Positions 13,057 to 27,848 of a stretch of DNA of 64,000 nt are shown one piece after another. The DNA comes from Octopus sinensis (lineage: Eukaryota), in contig NC_043011.1 of the NCBI RefSeq assembly GCF_006345805.1, positions 9,424,001-9,488,000 of the forward strand, read 5' to 3'. The first letter of the stretch is position 1, and each line of letters opens with the position of its first letter. The notes under the pieces were generated by a model. That model did no database searches. It was not told where the DNA came from and was given only the letters and a program-made list of their open reading frames with translations. Both the position numbers and the translations under genes were made by a program.

Positions 13057-13879
13057 CTGACAAAATAGAAAAATAATAAATGAATTAGGTTAAACGTGAA
13101 ATACAGAAGATGATACACACAACATAAGTTGTCTTTAATATGATTTAATTAAAATCGTGTTGGAGTATTGCATGAAATATTTCAGTGAAAATGTCAGTTC
13201 AATGACATGGGGGGGGGGGAGAAATCAAGGTTTTACAGTAATTATTCAAAAACTAAAGAGAATTTAGCAATCAAAACTATTGATCTGCAGAAAACATTGG
13301 TAAGTTATTTCATTACTTAGCCTCAGGTTTATACGTATATTATAGCTAATATATAACACTCCAGTTCGAACTTTATTATATCTGGTCATTTAAAAATCAA
13401 TCTGAAATCATTTACAATGGATTTCATATTAAATAATATATTTTACATCAATCAGTTTTGTTTGTACTAACTGAAGGCTTTCAAAATTCAGCTATGAAAT
13501 TCTCTGTCACTGTCTCCATGATATAAACGGCTATAAGGCACCATGTTTAATATATTCACAAGAAAAGCCCTATATCTGACTGGTAATCCCCATTTCTTTA
13601 TTGATCAACTTACAATGATTATTCAGATCTAATCTATTCGTTATTTGTAATTACATTCTACACAACTTGTTACAATGTTTGTCTCTTTGAAATCCCTACA
13701 TTGATTGAAATCAATACTTCTTAACCCTGTCATCAAACTTAATCCTTTCAAATTCCATCTAAACATCATCAATTTTATCGATTCCCCACCCCCATTCTGA
13801 CCTCCTGATTGTAGAGGAACACCTTATGGTCAAGTGTCTTGAAAACATTAAATATATTTATATTTGTGACAAAACTATT

Positions 13880-14050
13880 GAAAAGGTTGCAAGATGCAAT
13901 GAAAATTTTAGGAAAATAAAAGGAAGAAATAACTGGAAATTTTACCGGTGAGTGTGTTACATAATAAGGCACAAAAATAAAATGACTCTCCCCAGACACA
14001 ACGGAATATGCTTCAACACATGAACTCATATAAAGGATCTTGCAAACCAA
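13880..14050 (+). repeat. Dispersed repeat family (ggttgcaagatgc...gacacaac..aatatgcttcaacacatgaactc), class uncertain
   Basis: Clearly related copies at ~41520-41690 (same orientation) and ~40285-40405 (partly inverted). Confidence 0.7.
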
Positions 14051-15187
14051 ATCCAAAAACGAAATACTTGTGACAATTATATAGGAAAATACCATGTATG
14101 ACATTATGGAAGTGACTCTATACTATCTGTTTTATGTCTGGAACAATCCTTGGCTCTCTTTGATATATTTGGTGGATTTGGGGTAAAAATGTAATAACAC
14201 TGGTAGGATTCCTGGTTGTTGAAAAATATTGGAAAGAAGAATTGGGGAATAATATAACATGAGATAATATTGGGAAGATGGAAGAATGCTGCAGATATAT
14301 TTTGTGGTGTTATATAGAATAAAACAGTTTCCATTGACAACAAAATTCAATTTGTCTACATTCTACACAATTCTAACAAAACTCTCTTCCATGATGCCAA
14401 ACTACAAGAGTTAATAATTGTAAGAAAGTTTCAAAGAATGGCTGTAAGTTTGTGCTTAAAAATCACTTGATTCCTCAAATTGTTTTTGGCATGTGATTTC
14501 TGCGATAATTATTGATTACTAGGAATGGAAAATATCTAAGAATGGAACCAAGTCCATTTTTAAGGAAATCTAGCAGACGATATGAGAACTATAATAATAT
14601 TTGTAGAACAAATAGCTTGAGTAAAATAAACTGAGCTGGTAGTGGTCATGGTGGTTGTATTGAATTGGTGGTGGTTGTAGTGGTAGAGGTTACAGGGTTG
14701 GTGGTGGATGTAGTGTGGTGGTGGTGGTGTTTATAAAAGTGCTTATAGTGAAGTGGTGGGATGGTAATATTTAGTGACAGCGATGATAGTAGTGGTGGTG
14801 ATAGTAGTAGTAGTATTGCTAGGAATGGGGTGGTGGTAGCAGTGGTGCTGGTTGTAGTTTTAACAATCCCAAAAGATACATCAGCCATTTATTATTCAAA
14901 TATCCACAATATTCAATGGTAAACGTTATATGAATGTTATTGTTATTATTGGCCTTGAGCCGAAATCAGAAACCATTCTCTTTTATTACATTCTCTTTTA
15001 TTTATGTGTTATTCAATCAATACGACCGGTTGCAAGGCTTTCAGATCACAATCATAGACTTCTCAATAGAGTTCAACATTCATTAGCTACTGTACTCAAT
15101 AGGAAGCTATATCTTACATTAGAGCACAGTGACATACATTCCACAGCAGAGTACAATGACATTTAGTATGTATCACTATAGAATGCC

Positions 15188-15494
15188 GTGGAGGCGCAAT
15201 GGCTAGGGCAGCGGACTCGTGGTTGTGGGATCGCGGTTTCGATTCCCAGACCAGGCGTTATGAGTGTTTATTGAGCGAAAACACCTAAAGCTCCACGAGG
15301 CTCCGGCAGGGGGTGGTGGCGATCCCTGCTGTACTCTTTCACCACAACTTTCTCTCACTCTTTCTTCTGTTGGCCTGTTCGCTTAACCAGTGGGGTGGTG
15401 TCACTTGAAGGCTAAAACAATGTGAAGCGCATTGTGACCAGCGATGTGTAGCAACATCTGATAGCCTGGTCGATCATGGTGATAGTCACGGTAG
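15188..15494 (+). mobile_element. tRNA-derived SINE, near full length, with 12-bp TSD
   Basis: Head ggaggcgcaatggctagggcagcggactcg..cggtttcgattccc (A and B boxes). Flanked by ctatagaatgcc (15176-15187) and ctataaaatgcc (15495-15506). Confidence 0.85.
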
Positions 15495-17283
15495 CTATAA
15501 AATGCCATACCAGGGGGGACAAGCACAGTTTGGCCACACAGAAACACACTTTTAGCTTGATTATTTTCCTGTCAAAATACATTTTTCCATGGAAAATTAT
15601 ATACATTTGAAAGTTCAAGATGTGAACTTTCTTCTCAAAGAATTCTGATCAACATCCAACATTTACATATCAAGCCAGGGTCCCAGGTACTTTAACCTAT
15701 TCACAAGGTTGGTCCCTTTTTTGACTGCTGAATAGTAGCTCCCATTCTAGTGCAATGTACTGAAGTGATATAACTCAATTTGTGTTGAAACTCACATAGT
15801 CATGAAGAGAGGACATTTTTTTGCTTTTTTCCAAATATTTAGTTGGAGCAGAATGTTAAGAAATGGACGTACTAACCACTAAGTAAACACATGTTTCTAT
15901 AAAAACAATGTACTCTATGGATGTACTCTAAGGAGTCTTCTAGAGCCCAAAATTAGCATTGGACTCGTATTGAGAATGTTGTTTATTCTCTCTCACTGTT
16001 TTAACATGTGGAGAGTGAGGTCTAAATTTTACTTAAAGGATATTCTTGTACATGTAAAATTTGGTTTTCTTTGTGAAAAATTGGTTAAATTTTGCCAATA
16101 GGAATTATGAATATTATTCTGTAGATTATTAAAGTCAGATGTGGTGAATATCTTTTGTTTTTCCGATTTTGAATTTACAGTTGGACAATTTATGGTAGTG
16201 TTTGCATATTTGTTTTGGGTTTTTTTTTTGTTTTTGTTTCTCCTGCTGAGGAATTTGCAAATATTTTTGATGTCTTTAATTTATATATTTTCAAGCTAAA
16301 ACAAGGAACTAGTTTTCAGATTTTGTTTGTTATTTAATGAAGGTCTACATGTAATTCTGAGAAAGGTACCAGGTGGTCATTGGTTGTGCTAGAAACAACA
16401 GCTAAACCTCCCTTAAATCACACACCTTTCCATTTGAAAATATTTTCAATTTTCTTTTTTTTTTAACCAAAAAAGCTTCTCCCATCGTTTTTAAGTGTAT
16501 AACACAAAACAAATTGGTCTGAGGGCTGGTAGAGGGAAGAGAGGGGATGTTTGGGGAAAATATTTTTTTCAAAAATTTTTTTCTATAAAAAGCTTCTTTC
16601 CCATCCTTTTCAATACTGCAAGGAACAATAAATTGGAAAAATCCCCATCAAATTTGGAGAAAATTCAATTTATGTTGAGATTTATTTACAAATGTGCTAA
16701 AATTCAAGTCCCTGTGCCTTGTACATTTGGATTCAGCTGGGTCTGAAAACATCACAAAACTAACTGGCCGTTACACATAACAAAATAGGCTTTCATAAAT
16801 ATTTTTTAAATTGTTGAAACAAAATATTTCCATTCCAAAAACCTGTAAAAAAACATAGGCAACTGCTATACCCCCATGGTCACTATAAATTTGTGTAACT
16901 TGAAGATTAATATCCCCTCAATTTCAAAGATATGACATCACAAAGACGGCTAATTATTCATTTAGGCCAATGAGGCAAGATTTTGACCAATCCACTGACC
17001 ATTCAAACCTTCATATTTCCTAAAATATTCCTCTGAATTTCACAAATGAAGTATCAAAATGTTTCTTTTTGGATTCTCTCCAAGAAAAAGTAGAAATTAC
17101 ATTTAAATATTTTAGAAAACCTTTAGTGATACCTACATGTAGTCCAAAACAGAGTAAGACATACCACTTCACAGTAAAGGAAACTTTTTCTATCCCATCA
17201 GAGTTGTATTTAATGTTGTATATAAATCCTGAATTATTACACCTTGTTGGTGACATACAAAGAGGACCCAGTCCATGCTGGAC

Positions 17284-17420
17284 TAATAAAGGGATTAGCT
17301 GTAGAAACTCAAATTGGTGTTTGGTGCAGCCTTCTGGCTTGCCTGCCCTCAGTCAAACCATCCAACCCATGCCAGCTTGGAAAGCAGATGTCAAACAATG
17401 GTGATGATGACGATGATGAT
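17284..17420 (+). mobile_element. RTE-related SINE 3' fragment
   Basis: agctgtagaaactc..ccaacccatgccagc.tggaaagcagatgtcaaac followed by a (GAT)n tail. Confidence 0.75.
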
Positions 17421-20400
17421 TAGCCAACCATACTGCTAGTTTTATATATTATTGTTTTATTGTCTCCTGTCTGCTACTAACCACTCACCTATGAAGTAGG
17501 GACTCGTAGAACCTATTTAGTTCAGACCGGCAAACTGGATCAAGCTAGTTAGGTACCTTAGTCATGGCCGCACAATCAGTCAAACAAACTGGATCAAACT
17601 AGTTAGGTCCTTTACTCATGGCCATAACACAACAGGCCTTACTAGTAAGATCTGGTTTTACAATCACAATTAAAGCAGAACTTTAATCTCTCAACTAGTT
17701 TGATCCTGTGCAAAATGCTGCTGTGATGCTCTGCGAATGGTGCCAATAGAAAAAGGACAATGTTTGAAATTAATTAAATAAACTAATTAGCTACTAAATA
17801 TAAATGACTGAATTAATTGCCTCATTCTAAGAGTTTTCAAGATCAGCTCTACAAGTGATAATTTATCATTCAGTGAAACCGATTTTTAGATATTGAGTGA
17901 TTGTTAAAGATATTTAATATATATTTAGTGATCTGCTGTAATGGAGACTGTAACACAAATGGGTCTATTTTAAAAGAAAGGAGATGTTAGTATCTGAAGA
18001 GGAATAAAAGGGGCTAAAGTGACACAATTGTTACGGTGCTAATCAAAATGCTTGATGGCATTTTTTCCATCTTTGCATTCTAAGTTTAAATGCTGCTGGG
18101 GTTCACTTTATCTTTCATCTTTTCGTGGGGAGTCAATGAAATAAGGGCCAGTTGAGCACTTGGGTTGATGTTGTCAACATACCCTTTCTTTTGAAATTGA
18201 TGACCTTGTGCCAAAATTTGGAACCAATATCTTAATAGGAATATAATTATACCTCACAAGGATTTCTAAAATAAGCTCACAAGGAGAACACAGCTGAAAA
18301 AAATTCCCCCAGTACAAGGTGGATAGTTGTTATATTGATATTTTTGGTGAATAAATGAGAAATATGAACACAAGTGAAGTTAGAAAATAGACATGTAACA
18401 CATGACGGCAAAGTACTCAATGGGTCAGAGGCATTGAGATATGATCAGTATTTATCCTGAGATAAGATTATCTAGTCTGTTAGTTGCTTTATCTGAGAGT
18501 TTAGGAATATGGTGCCAACTGCTTAAGTATTCTTAATATGGACGTTTTAAACTCAAATATCTATTTTTAAAGGTTTTTTTCTCTTTCTGCAGCTCAATCA
18601 ACTTCCGTATCCTTAGTAGAATCACTTTTACTTGACATTCCACTTTCATCACTTACACTGCCTCTCTCTAATTTAAGGATCTCTCTATTTCAACAGTCTT
18701 ATCTTTTCTCTCTTCCCTTATAAGGTGAAAGTACTAGATTATTGACCACAACCTCACAGGATTAAATCCTACTGTAGCCTCTACAAATTTCATAATTCTA
18801 CTTTCTCTTTGTCCATCTGAACAAATAAATTTTACCAACCAATGAGCAAGCCTGTATACTAGTAATATCAGCTAAATCTTCCTTGAAGAACACCTTACAT
18901 TTTGATAAATAACAAAGGCACTGTATAATATAATCCTAGACAGTGTCTAAATAAAAGACCGTATGACCATGACTGTCATACCTTCAGATGTAGTTGATCA
19001 GGGCTGACCAAGGGTTAAAAAAAAAACAATAACCAGTTTCACTTCAAGGTTGAACAGATAGTGTTAAGAAGGACTGCAAAAACAATTTCTCCATCAAATA
19101 AGTCATCCATGTTGACTTGGTCAAATAGATGGAAAATATTAAAAGAAAATATTTCTCTTCAAATAAAATCAAACAAATAAAATTTCAGTTGTTTTAAACA
19201 AAGCCATTTTAAGAATCAACAAATTGAATTGTTTTTTTCTATTTACACTGTTTGCCATCAATTATTCCTTGTTATCATGGATATATATGTGTTTTTCAAA
19301 TATTTTTCATATTTAGATGTCCATTTTCCAGCTAACTAAACTGTATTAAGAGTGGAATCAATTTTATTTTTAACCTTAAGCATGAAAATTCTCCTCTCTC
19401 CATCGTACATGAAATTATTTAACTGATATTTGCTCACAGTGACCAAAATTAGATTCCTTGAATTCTAATTATCTGGTTTTTCAAGTATTCACAGAGTTAT
19501 GTTTCAAGCTATGAGCTCCACATAAAGGGCTTCAGTAGAACCGAACCCCTGACCAATGTATCTAGGGGTGCAGTGATTTGGTCCAGTTCACTAATAAACA
19601 AAATGAAAATAAGCAAACAAGAAAAACAAGTCCCAAACTCACTGTGAGGAATTAAGTTTTCTTATTTGAACAACAACAAATAGTTTTAACATTACATAGT
19701 TGTGTGGTTACCACACACACACATTCTCTGGGTGTGCCATTCTAAAAAGACATTTGCCTGTTGTCTGTAAGTGAACCACATGTAACAGCATTGTGGAAAG
19801 AGTTATAAAAATATTGTCTGCAGTTTGATAATAATACTTCCTTGAAATTGCTGTAGATTTTAATATGAGAGAGAGGGGGGAGAGAGAGAGAATAAAGAAA
19901 GAGGGGAAGGGGGAATCTTGTGTTAATGTTTTTATCTTAAATGTAACATCGATAATGTTGGTTACTTGAAAAAAAAAAAATCACAACAGAGAAGAGTTGA
20001 AGGAATTTGGCAATGAGGTGAACTGTTGTATGGTTGAAGCTATTAAAGAAAACTAAAAAATGGCACAAATAAAGAGATATTGAAAGTAAAATGCCTTTAA
20101 AAATCTCCTTTTGGAAGTAGTTTTTTGAAAATAACTAGATCAATATGAGAGTAGCATTGCCAATATTATTGATAGTCATAGTAGATATGTCTGTCTGTCT
20201 GTCTTTCTACTCAATATCTCGGCGGCAGCGGTGATAGGAGAGAACTTATAAACTTTAGCAGTTCTTCCTTGCAGGTTAAAAGTTTTTAAAAAATGTTTTT
20301 GGAAGAATCAAAAGTCAAATTAGAAATGAAAGAAGAATAAAGAAATAAAAAACCCAAATGGTACCAATTGTATTATTAATAACAAAGTAAAGATGGTGAA

Positions 20401-20540
20401 GTTTCTACAGTATTGGTAAATAGGGAAAAAATAACCAAAACTACATGAGAAATAAACATAAACAAATTTTGAAGCTCAACAAATTAAATTTCTTTTTCTA
20501 AGACAAGCATAGATAGAGCTAACAGGAATATTATTCCAAC

Positions 20541-20576
<36 letters not shown>

Positions 20577-20584
20577 TTTATTAT

Positions 20585-20800
20585 AGTGGTGAGCTGGCAG
20601 AATCATTGACACACCGAGCAAAATGCTTTTTGGCATTTTGTCCATTTTTATGTTCTAAGTTCGAATTCTGCCAAGGTTGACTTTGCCTTTCATATCCCTT
20701 TAGGGTCAATAAAGTACCAGCTGAAAACTAGGGTTGATCTAATTGATTTAACCCCTCCCCTCAAAATTTCAAGCCGTGTGCTTATAGCAGAAAGGCTTAT
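20585..20800 (+). mobile_element. tRNA-derived SINE with Meta-like central domain
   Basis: ggtgagctggcagaatc..ttctaagttcgaattctgcc..gactttgcctttcat..gggtcaataaagtaccag. Same family as 36110-36344 and 61074-61304. Confidence 0.75.
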
Positions 20801-20960
20801 TATTGTTCTATGCTGGCATGGTTTTTACAAAAGCTGGTGAGGCTGGAGAGCTGTACCCGGCTCTAATGTCTGCTTTGGAATGGTTTCTATGGCTGGATGC
20901 CCTTCCTAATGCCAACCACTTTACAAACTGTAGTGGGTGCGTCTTATGTGGCACCAGCAA
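20801..20960 (-). mobile_element. RTE-related SINE, degraded
   Basis: ggctggatgcccttcctaatgccaaccac..gtagtgggtgc. Confidence 0.7.
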
Positions 20961-23900
20961 TAGCAGAGTCACCAAATAACTTGCAAGACAAAAAGCTGAG
21001 TGAGGGAGTGAAACCAAGGGAAATGGCTGTGTGCCGGGTGAAAGGTTACAACATAACACAGGGACAGGAGTAGTTGTCTCACTACAGAGGAGATACTTGG
21101 CTACCCCTGTAGGACAAGGAAGGAAAGGAAATGGTGGGGGGGAGGGAGGAGAGAGAGATAGACAGTCAGTCAGAGTGAAAGAGAGAAGTAAATCCTACTC
21201 AATCTTAATGTCTATTTCAGTTGGAAATGTGAGGACAAAATCTTCAATACAGCACTAAAACTGTGTCATCTTTGAAGCCAACTTTTGTCAAATCTAAACA
21301 CTAGGTTTTCTGGATCTGTTTTTCAGCTTTTTAGCCTCAGAAAATCTTTTGCTGTTGTTGTTTAACTCTAGGTCAGCTTCTATTGAGCAAAGTAAAGGCA
21401 TTCCAGCCATGGACATTTTTCCTTATCGCCAGGGATAGTGTATCTCTGACTACATCAGCCAATGGCCTACCTTTTTTAAAAGCTAGAAGGATGTTGGAAA
21501 TTTAGCTGCAATTTCTAAGTGATGTCCATGTTGGATATATTTAGCATATGTTACAGATTATAGATTATGTAAAATTATATAAGCTATAACACTTGGTCAG
21601 TTTTGGTCCAGTTAACTTATTATTAATTTATTAATGTTGTTTTGAATTGATCATGCATTATCTCATAGCATCAAGATTTTGATGATGTGATTGTTCATTT
21701 TTAGAATGGCATTGTAGGGTGAGTGTGAGAGGCTGGATCTGACTGGTTTGAACTTAAAACAGCTTCAGGTCAAATCTGACTAGTTTAAATGCTAAAGGTT
21801 TAAAGCAGTAATCATCCAGTCTTTTATTCATAAATATTATAAATTGAGGGAGATTTAGACACTATTTCAAGCAGGTTGAGCGCTGCATGGATTCTTTTTT
21901 TTTTTTTCTTATTAGTTTGGGAAAGCCTTTATCCTCATCTGATGTAAGAACTCCCTAGTGAAACATTTCCATGAATCCAAAGCACCCCACTATCACCCCA
22001 CCATTGTTTACCAAACAAGAGAAAGAAATGTTGTAAATATATTTGTGAAATAAACATTATGCTAATGAATAAAGGAAATTCTATTCAAAGAGTTGAATTC
22101 AATTATGGACAATTTATTTGGTGAAAATGTCGTTAGTAAAAAAATGGTTTTAGGAATAAATTTCTGTTTGTTTTTGAGGTTTCTGTAATTTATGTTAACA
22201 AACATTTTGAAAAATTCTTTGTATGTCCTTGTGATGGTGTTGCTGTTGGTTTAATTGGTTAACTGTTCTGTATTATGACAATAAACACACACACTTTTAT
22301 TGAGATATCAACAATTTAGAAATGTAATTAAAAAAGAACCATTAAAGTCGAGAGTTAAATTATCAGATATTTAATTTCTCTCTCATTATTTTTCTGCTAT
22401 TTTTTGTCTGTCTGCCTCTCACTCTGCTTTCCTCGGTCTCTTTGTCCCCACCCTCCCTTTTTCCTACACACACACATTATTTTTGGGACCAACCCCAAGC
22501 TGAAACATACTGTATATACTCATACACTACTTACAACACTTCAAGCACACAAAAATGTCTACATGCACGTTAATATATATGTATACACACATCAATGCAT
22601 AGATATACACTGACTCTCGCTTCGCTTTCTACGTGATTCAAACAAACTATAAACTTGGAATCAACAATCTGTATTTTCAACACGTTTTCTCCTCATTACT
22701 GAATATTGTTCACTGCTTTTTTTTTTCTGGCCTTCCTAACCACATGTGGGAATTCATGTAGCAGTAACATGCGGCATCAACAGAATTATTGCAACAATTT
22801 AGTGGCTGAGTGAATGAAATATTAGATTAGTAACCAATGAGCTGTCAGTTTATATCTAATGTAACTGATCGATATTGTGTTTGTGAACAAGACACTTGAT
22901 TCTACATGCCTTATTCAATCTTTCCCTCCAAAGTGGACTCCAGGCTTTTCTGGAATACTTTCTGTTAATAAACTAGAAACTTTTCACATGATGAATACAA
23001 CAGAAATCAGAATTAACTGTAAGTTCTAGGAATTTGTGTGACTCATGAATGGATTTCTCTTTTTTGGTTGTTACCTATTTGTTTCTAGACTATACTAGTA
23101 ACGGTTGATTAGTAGACAGAGAGAGTGGAACATGAGGAAGCAACAAATTAATGTCTTACATCTTCAGATTTATAAATTCCCAGGTGAAACAGTCATAGCT
23201 AACAGTGCAGAAGGGCATCCCCGTTCTGTATTACTGGTACATCATAGTTTAATATAAAGACTGGAAGCACAGATTTATATTTGGACTAAGGCCCTTTACT
23301 GACATTTCACAGACACACTATTGAAGACTAGCAAGTTAGCTTATGGATGTAAATTAACAAATGGAAACCTCATTCTTGAAAGCTTCCACAGAAACTATAC
23401 TTCACTCTTTTTCTTTCTCTCTTTCAGAATTGTAATTTATCACAACATTACAGTCCATTACAGAATAAACCTATAGGTTTTAATGACTGCTGTAGGCCTT
23501 AACATACAGTGCTGGCTAAAATCTCTAAATATATTATATGGGCACAGTAGAGTACTGTAAAGATTCTTTTTTTCATATTTATATCTGTCGTAACAGCTTG
23601 ATTGTATGTAATAGAATGATGTAAACAGCTTGTCTATATGTAGAATATCTTTGTGAATAGTTAAAGAAGGAAACAGATTAGTTCCAATCCTGTTTTGAAT
23701 TTTCATCAGTGACTGAACCCTACTTTTTAACTATTCACTGAGACCCTGTCCATTAGAGGCTGGAGTAAATCAGAGCATTTTGTTGTTCAACAAAGAGGAT
23801 ACACATTCTCTAAGGCAATCCCAATGCAAGATTCAAAGTAATCCAGCTAATCTCTCTTTCTCTTTTATAATCAGCGTTTACATGTGCGTGTATATATATA

Positions 23901-24029
23901 TATTGTAAAATATACAGTATTTATAATTTGTATTCAGGTAGAGTGTTTACATGTATCTATATCATGTATAATATATGTTGCTTATATTGTATAATCAGAC
24001 TCTTTTTACGTATATAACCAGCCCACTTA

Positions 24030-24452
24030 AAACTACCTTGGATCGTAGGGTGACATGTTATGCTTGTGGAGACCTATTGAGTCAAGTACATCAACATCAA
24101 AATCAAATCAAATGGAAATTGTAGTTGTGACCCCTGTGCCGGTAGCACGTAAAAAACACCATCCAAACGTGGCCGATGCCAGTGCTGCTATGACTGGCTT
24201 CCATGCCAATGGCGCATAAAAAGCACCATCCGATCATGGTCGATGCCTGCTCCTCTGGCCAATGTGCCAGTGGCATGTAAAAAACACCCACTACACTCTC
24301 GGAGTGGTTAGCGTTAGAAAGGGCATCCAACTGTAGAAACACTGCCAGATCAGATTGGGGCCTGGTGCAGCCTCCGGCCTTCCCAGTCCCCAGCCAAACT
24401 ATCCAATCCATGCCAGCATGGAAAATGGACGTTAAACGATGATGATGATGAT
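24030..24452 (+). mobile_element. RTE-related SINE, long form
   Basis: gagacctattgagtcaagt..(aaatc)n..ggcacgtaaaaa-type modules..gttagaaagggcatccaactgtagaaac..ccatgccagcatggaaaatggacgttaaac(gat)n. Confidence 0.85.
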
Positions 24453-24944
24453 TGTACAATATCTATTGTCTATATTGTATATCACACAGTGTGTTACCAA
24501 TGTGTCTATCTATTGTATAACATATAAAGTTTATATATTGTATAATCAGACAGGGTGTTCAGAGCTGTCTGTACAGTATTGGCTAAGAGTCTGTGGAACC
24601 GTTGTTTAGTTCAGTAATACAAGCATTGCAGCCCATTAATGTTAACACATCAGTGATTGATTGATTCTATTGCAATATCAATAGAAAGCGGTCGTAACTA
24701 CTTTTGTTCATTAAACTAAAATATGACAACACTGCTTGTGTGTGGACGTTCGTTTCTACACCAGCCAGGGAGACACTTGTAGTTTGTTCCAGTTTCATCA
24801 GACTTAATAAGATAAAAAATATATATTTCTATTTTTAGGATAGCAATCTATTTTAAGTAACCTTTCGAAAAAAATCTGGAACTTCTTCACCACAGATTCA
24901 ACAGTTTGTGGTAGATAGTGTCAATGTGTTGAGGTATGTGGAAT

Positions 24945-24946
<2 letters not shown>

Positions 24947-24980
<34 letters not shown>
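24947..24980. repeat. (GA)n microsatellite
   Basis: Direct reading. Confidence 0.95.
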
Positions 24981-24983
<3 letters not shown>

Positions 24984-25981
24984 TGTTTTTACTTTAATAC
25001 CGGAAGTAGAAAACTCAAAATGTTAATTCTTTATCCATGTTTAATATCAAAGACAACAGTTAGGATTCATTATCTTGTTTTGGTTTTAAACCTGTTGTTG
25101 CAAATATTCAGCTGGGTTGGCTCGGTTTAGTCAACAATGCTATTCACATATCTCAATCTTCTAACAGCTTCTGCAACGTTCAATAATCACAGCTCTAACA
25201 TTACTACTACCCCCCCTCCTCCTCCTCCAAATTCCAGGTCATATCTCATTTCTAATATACATCCTTAGTAAAATCTCTCTGAAATCATTGACCATCACAT
25301 TTAAAAAGAAGTGATGACAGTAACACATTTTGATCCTAAGACTGACTACAAGGGGCTGAACAACAACACCACCTCAAAAGCTCTGATACCTGCAACTTAG
25401 TGAGGGAGCTTCTGTACTTTTCCAATCAGCTAAAATTAGCAGCCAAACATCTGAAAAACAAGTTGTACAACCTCAAGTAGAGGAAGGTTACAGTAGATAA
25501 TATAGTTCTAAATGATCTTAAAGGATGGTCACAGATGCAATGTGTTTGGTCTTTGATCACAGCTGATCAGGGTTAAGCAACAACAACAACAACATGCTCT
25601 GATACCTCCCACCCCACCCATTCACCTAACAAAATGACACTGTAGAAGTAGTAGCAGTAGTAGCAGCAGCAGCAGCAGCAGCAGAATGTCGGAGCTAGAG
25701 TCAGCAATGACAGAATTAAATCTGTCAATAAAAGTGAGCGAAACAAAGAAATGAATATATATATAATATACATACATACATATATATATATATATGTGTG
25801 TTGTCTTATATCAACATTCATATATTATTTTATATTAATATTCCATTCACATTCTGCCATAAACTTTGTACATTTCACTCAATTATTGCTGCTTTGTTGT
25901 TATTTTGTTACATCTAATATTATTTTTGCTTTCATCTTGTGCTTCAATGAATATATAAACATACACACACACATACATACA

Positions 25982-26012
<31 letters not shown>

Positions 26013-26400
26013 CACATATGTGATATAAATATATATCATAAATGGGATGTGTATATTATATATGAGTTTATTTCGTTAGCCGATGCCTTCTGCCGTTAGC
26101 TCAAGATTCCCAAATGTTCACTCAGTTGTACAGTTATGTTGATCTCGACACCAACATGGCCGTACGATTGAACATTCATGCAACTTGAAGCTGTGGGAGA
26201 AGGCATTAACTGGAATTAGTATATACTCTACATCATGTATTGAGTGCTTTTAGTTTTTCTCTTCTTCATTATAAACGATATCTTTGTGTAAGTAAAAGTG
26301 TGCATGTGCAAATATAAATAAACACACACAGACACACACACCTATATGTATGTTATATGCACATGTGTGTATGAATAGATATGTAGCTACCCACATACAC

Positions 26401-26436
<36 letters not shown>

Positions 26437-26532
26437 ATATATATGCACACACACACACACTGCATTTTAACACTAATCATGTTATATTTAAAGAAAGTTC
26501 TAGCTTGTTAGTGTCACTACACATGCAACGTA

Positions 26533-26577
<45 letters not shown>

Positions 26578-26888
26578 CACATGTATAGGGGCATCAAAGC
26601 CCATTGCATGTACACACAAACATTCCCAACACTCATACACAAACAACTTCAACAATAAAATAAAACTATATTATGTCAGTCAGTTCTAATGGCTTCGCAA
26701 TGGAAGCTCTTTCTTTTGCAATATTTAAAAAAGGAAATAAAAAGTAAGAAAAAAAATCTCTACAAAATGGCAAATTTTATTCCCTGTCTTATCAATAGAG
26801 AAATCTACTTCAATCACCCACCTCCAGCTTATTCCAGGCACTGCTTTCTCATTTCTATAAGGTAATACCACAACAAATAATAATAAGC

Positions 26889-26889
<1 letters not shown>

Positions 26890-26926
<37 letters not shown>

Positions 26927-27220
26927 GCTTATATATTTATTTATATATTTATCTATAAAAATATATACATATATATGATGACGATGATGATACATATATT
27001 TATATTATTATTTATATATACATGTATATTATACATTTATTTATACACATACACACATATACACCTACCTATATTAATACATATATGAATTTATGTATTT
27101 ATTCATATGAATGTTTGTATATAGGAATTAATTCAGCAGGGTGGCACTGTAACAAAAAAGCATAATGCAATAATATACATATACATACAGTTGTATATAC
27201 ATATATATATACACTCGCAA
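26890..27220. repeat. TA/CA-rich low-complexity tract
   Basis: Direct reading. Confidence 0.85.
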
Positions 27221-27589
27221 ATGTATATGTCTGTGAGCACATTAAATGCCTAACAAATATTTAAGTTGGCATGAAATGGCATCACTAAACTCCAAACCAG
27301 AAATCAACGTTGGATAATGACGAATTCAAACTGAAGAATTATGACAACAAGCACTGCCAGTTTCAATAACTTTCATTACTACATTTCACATTAATGCTGC
27401 TGCTGCTGCTGCTACTACTACCACACCACCACCACCACCTCCCACCCCAATAATATTGCTGCTGCTGCTGCTGCCGTTCTTGCTTAAATAAATTTATTAA
27501 TATTTTCAGTTTCCAGAAATGTTTTCTGCATTATTGGAATAATTGAAATAACCAAAACATTGAAATAATAACCATGTTATAGTATTAGC

Positions 27590-27723
27590 ATGGCTCTGTG
27601 TGTGTGTGTGTGTGCATGCGTGCACACACACACACACATATATATATATATGTACATATAATTATGATAATAATAATGTGTGTATATGTATGTATATTTA
27701 TGTATTTGTATATGTGTGTATAT

Positions 27724-27767
<44 letters not shown>

Positions 27768-27848
27768 ATGTGTATATATATGTATGTATATATATGTGTA
27801 TATACATATGTATGTGTATATATATGTATATGTATATATATGTATGTA
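27590..27848. repeat. (TG)/(TA) compound microsatellite
   Basis: Direct reading. Confidence 0.9.

Noticed and set aside
15188-15260. tRNA gene
   Set aside because: The head has A/B boxes but no complete cloverleaf and runs into a SINE body with TSD.
19509-19590. Strong acceptor followed by ..VRGSVLLK.., resembling RGSVTFK
   Set aside because: The similarity is in a frame incompatible with the phase-0 upstream exon (frame 0 begins with TGA). Probably chance.
24947-25010. (GA)n plus ccggaagt (ETS-like) as an internal promoter
   Set aside because: Short motifs are expected by chance and there is no supporting exon.
25686-25733. Plus-strand MSELESAMTELNLSIK|gt, superficially S100-like
   Set aside because: Too short, no downstream plus-strand exons found, and S100 is not expected in this lineage.
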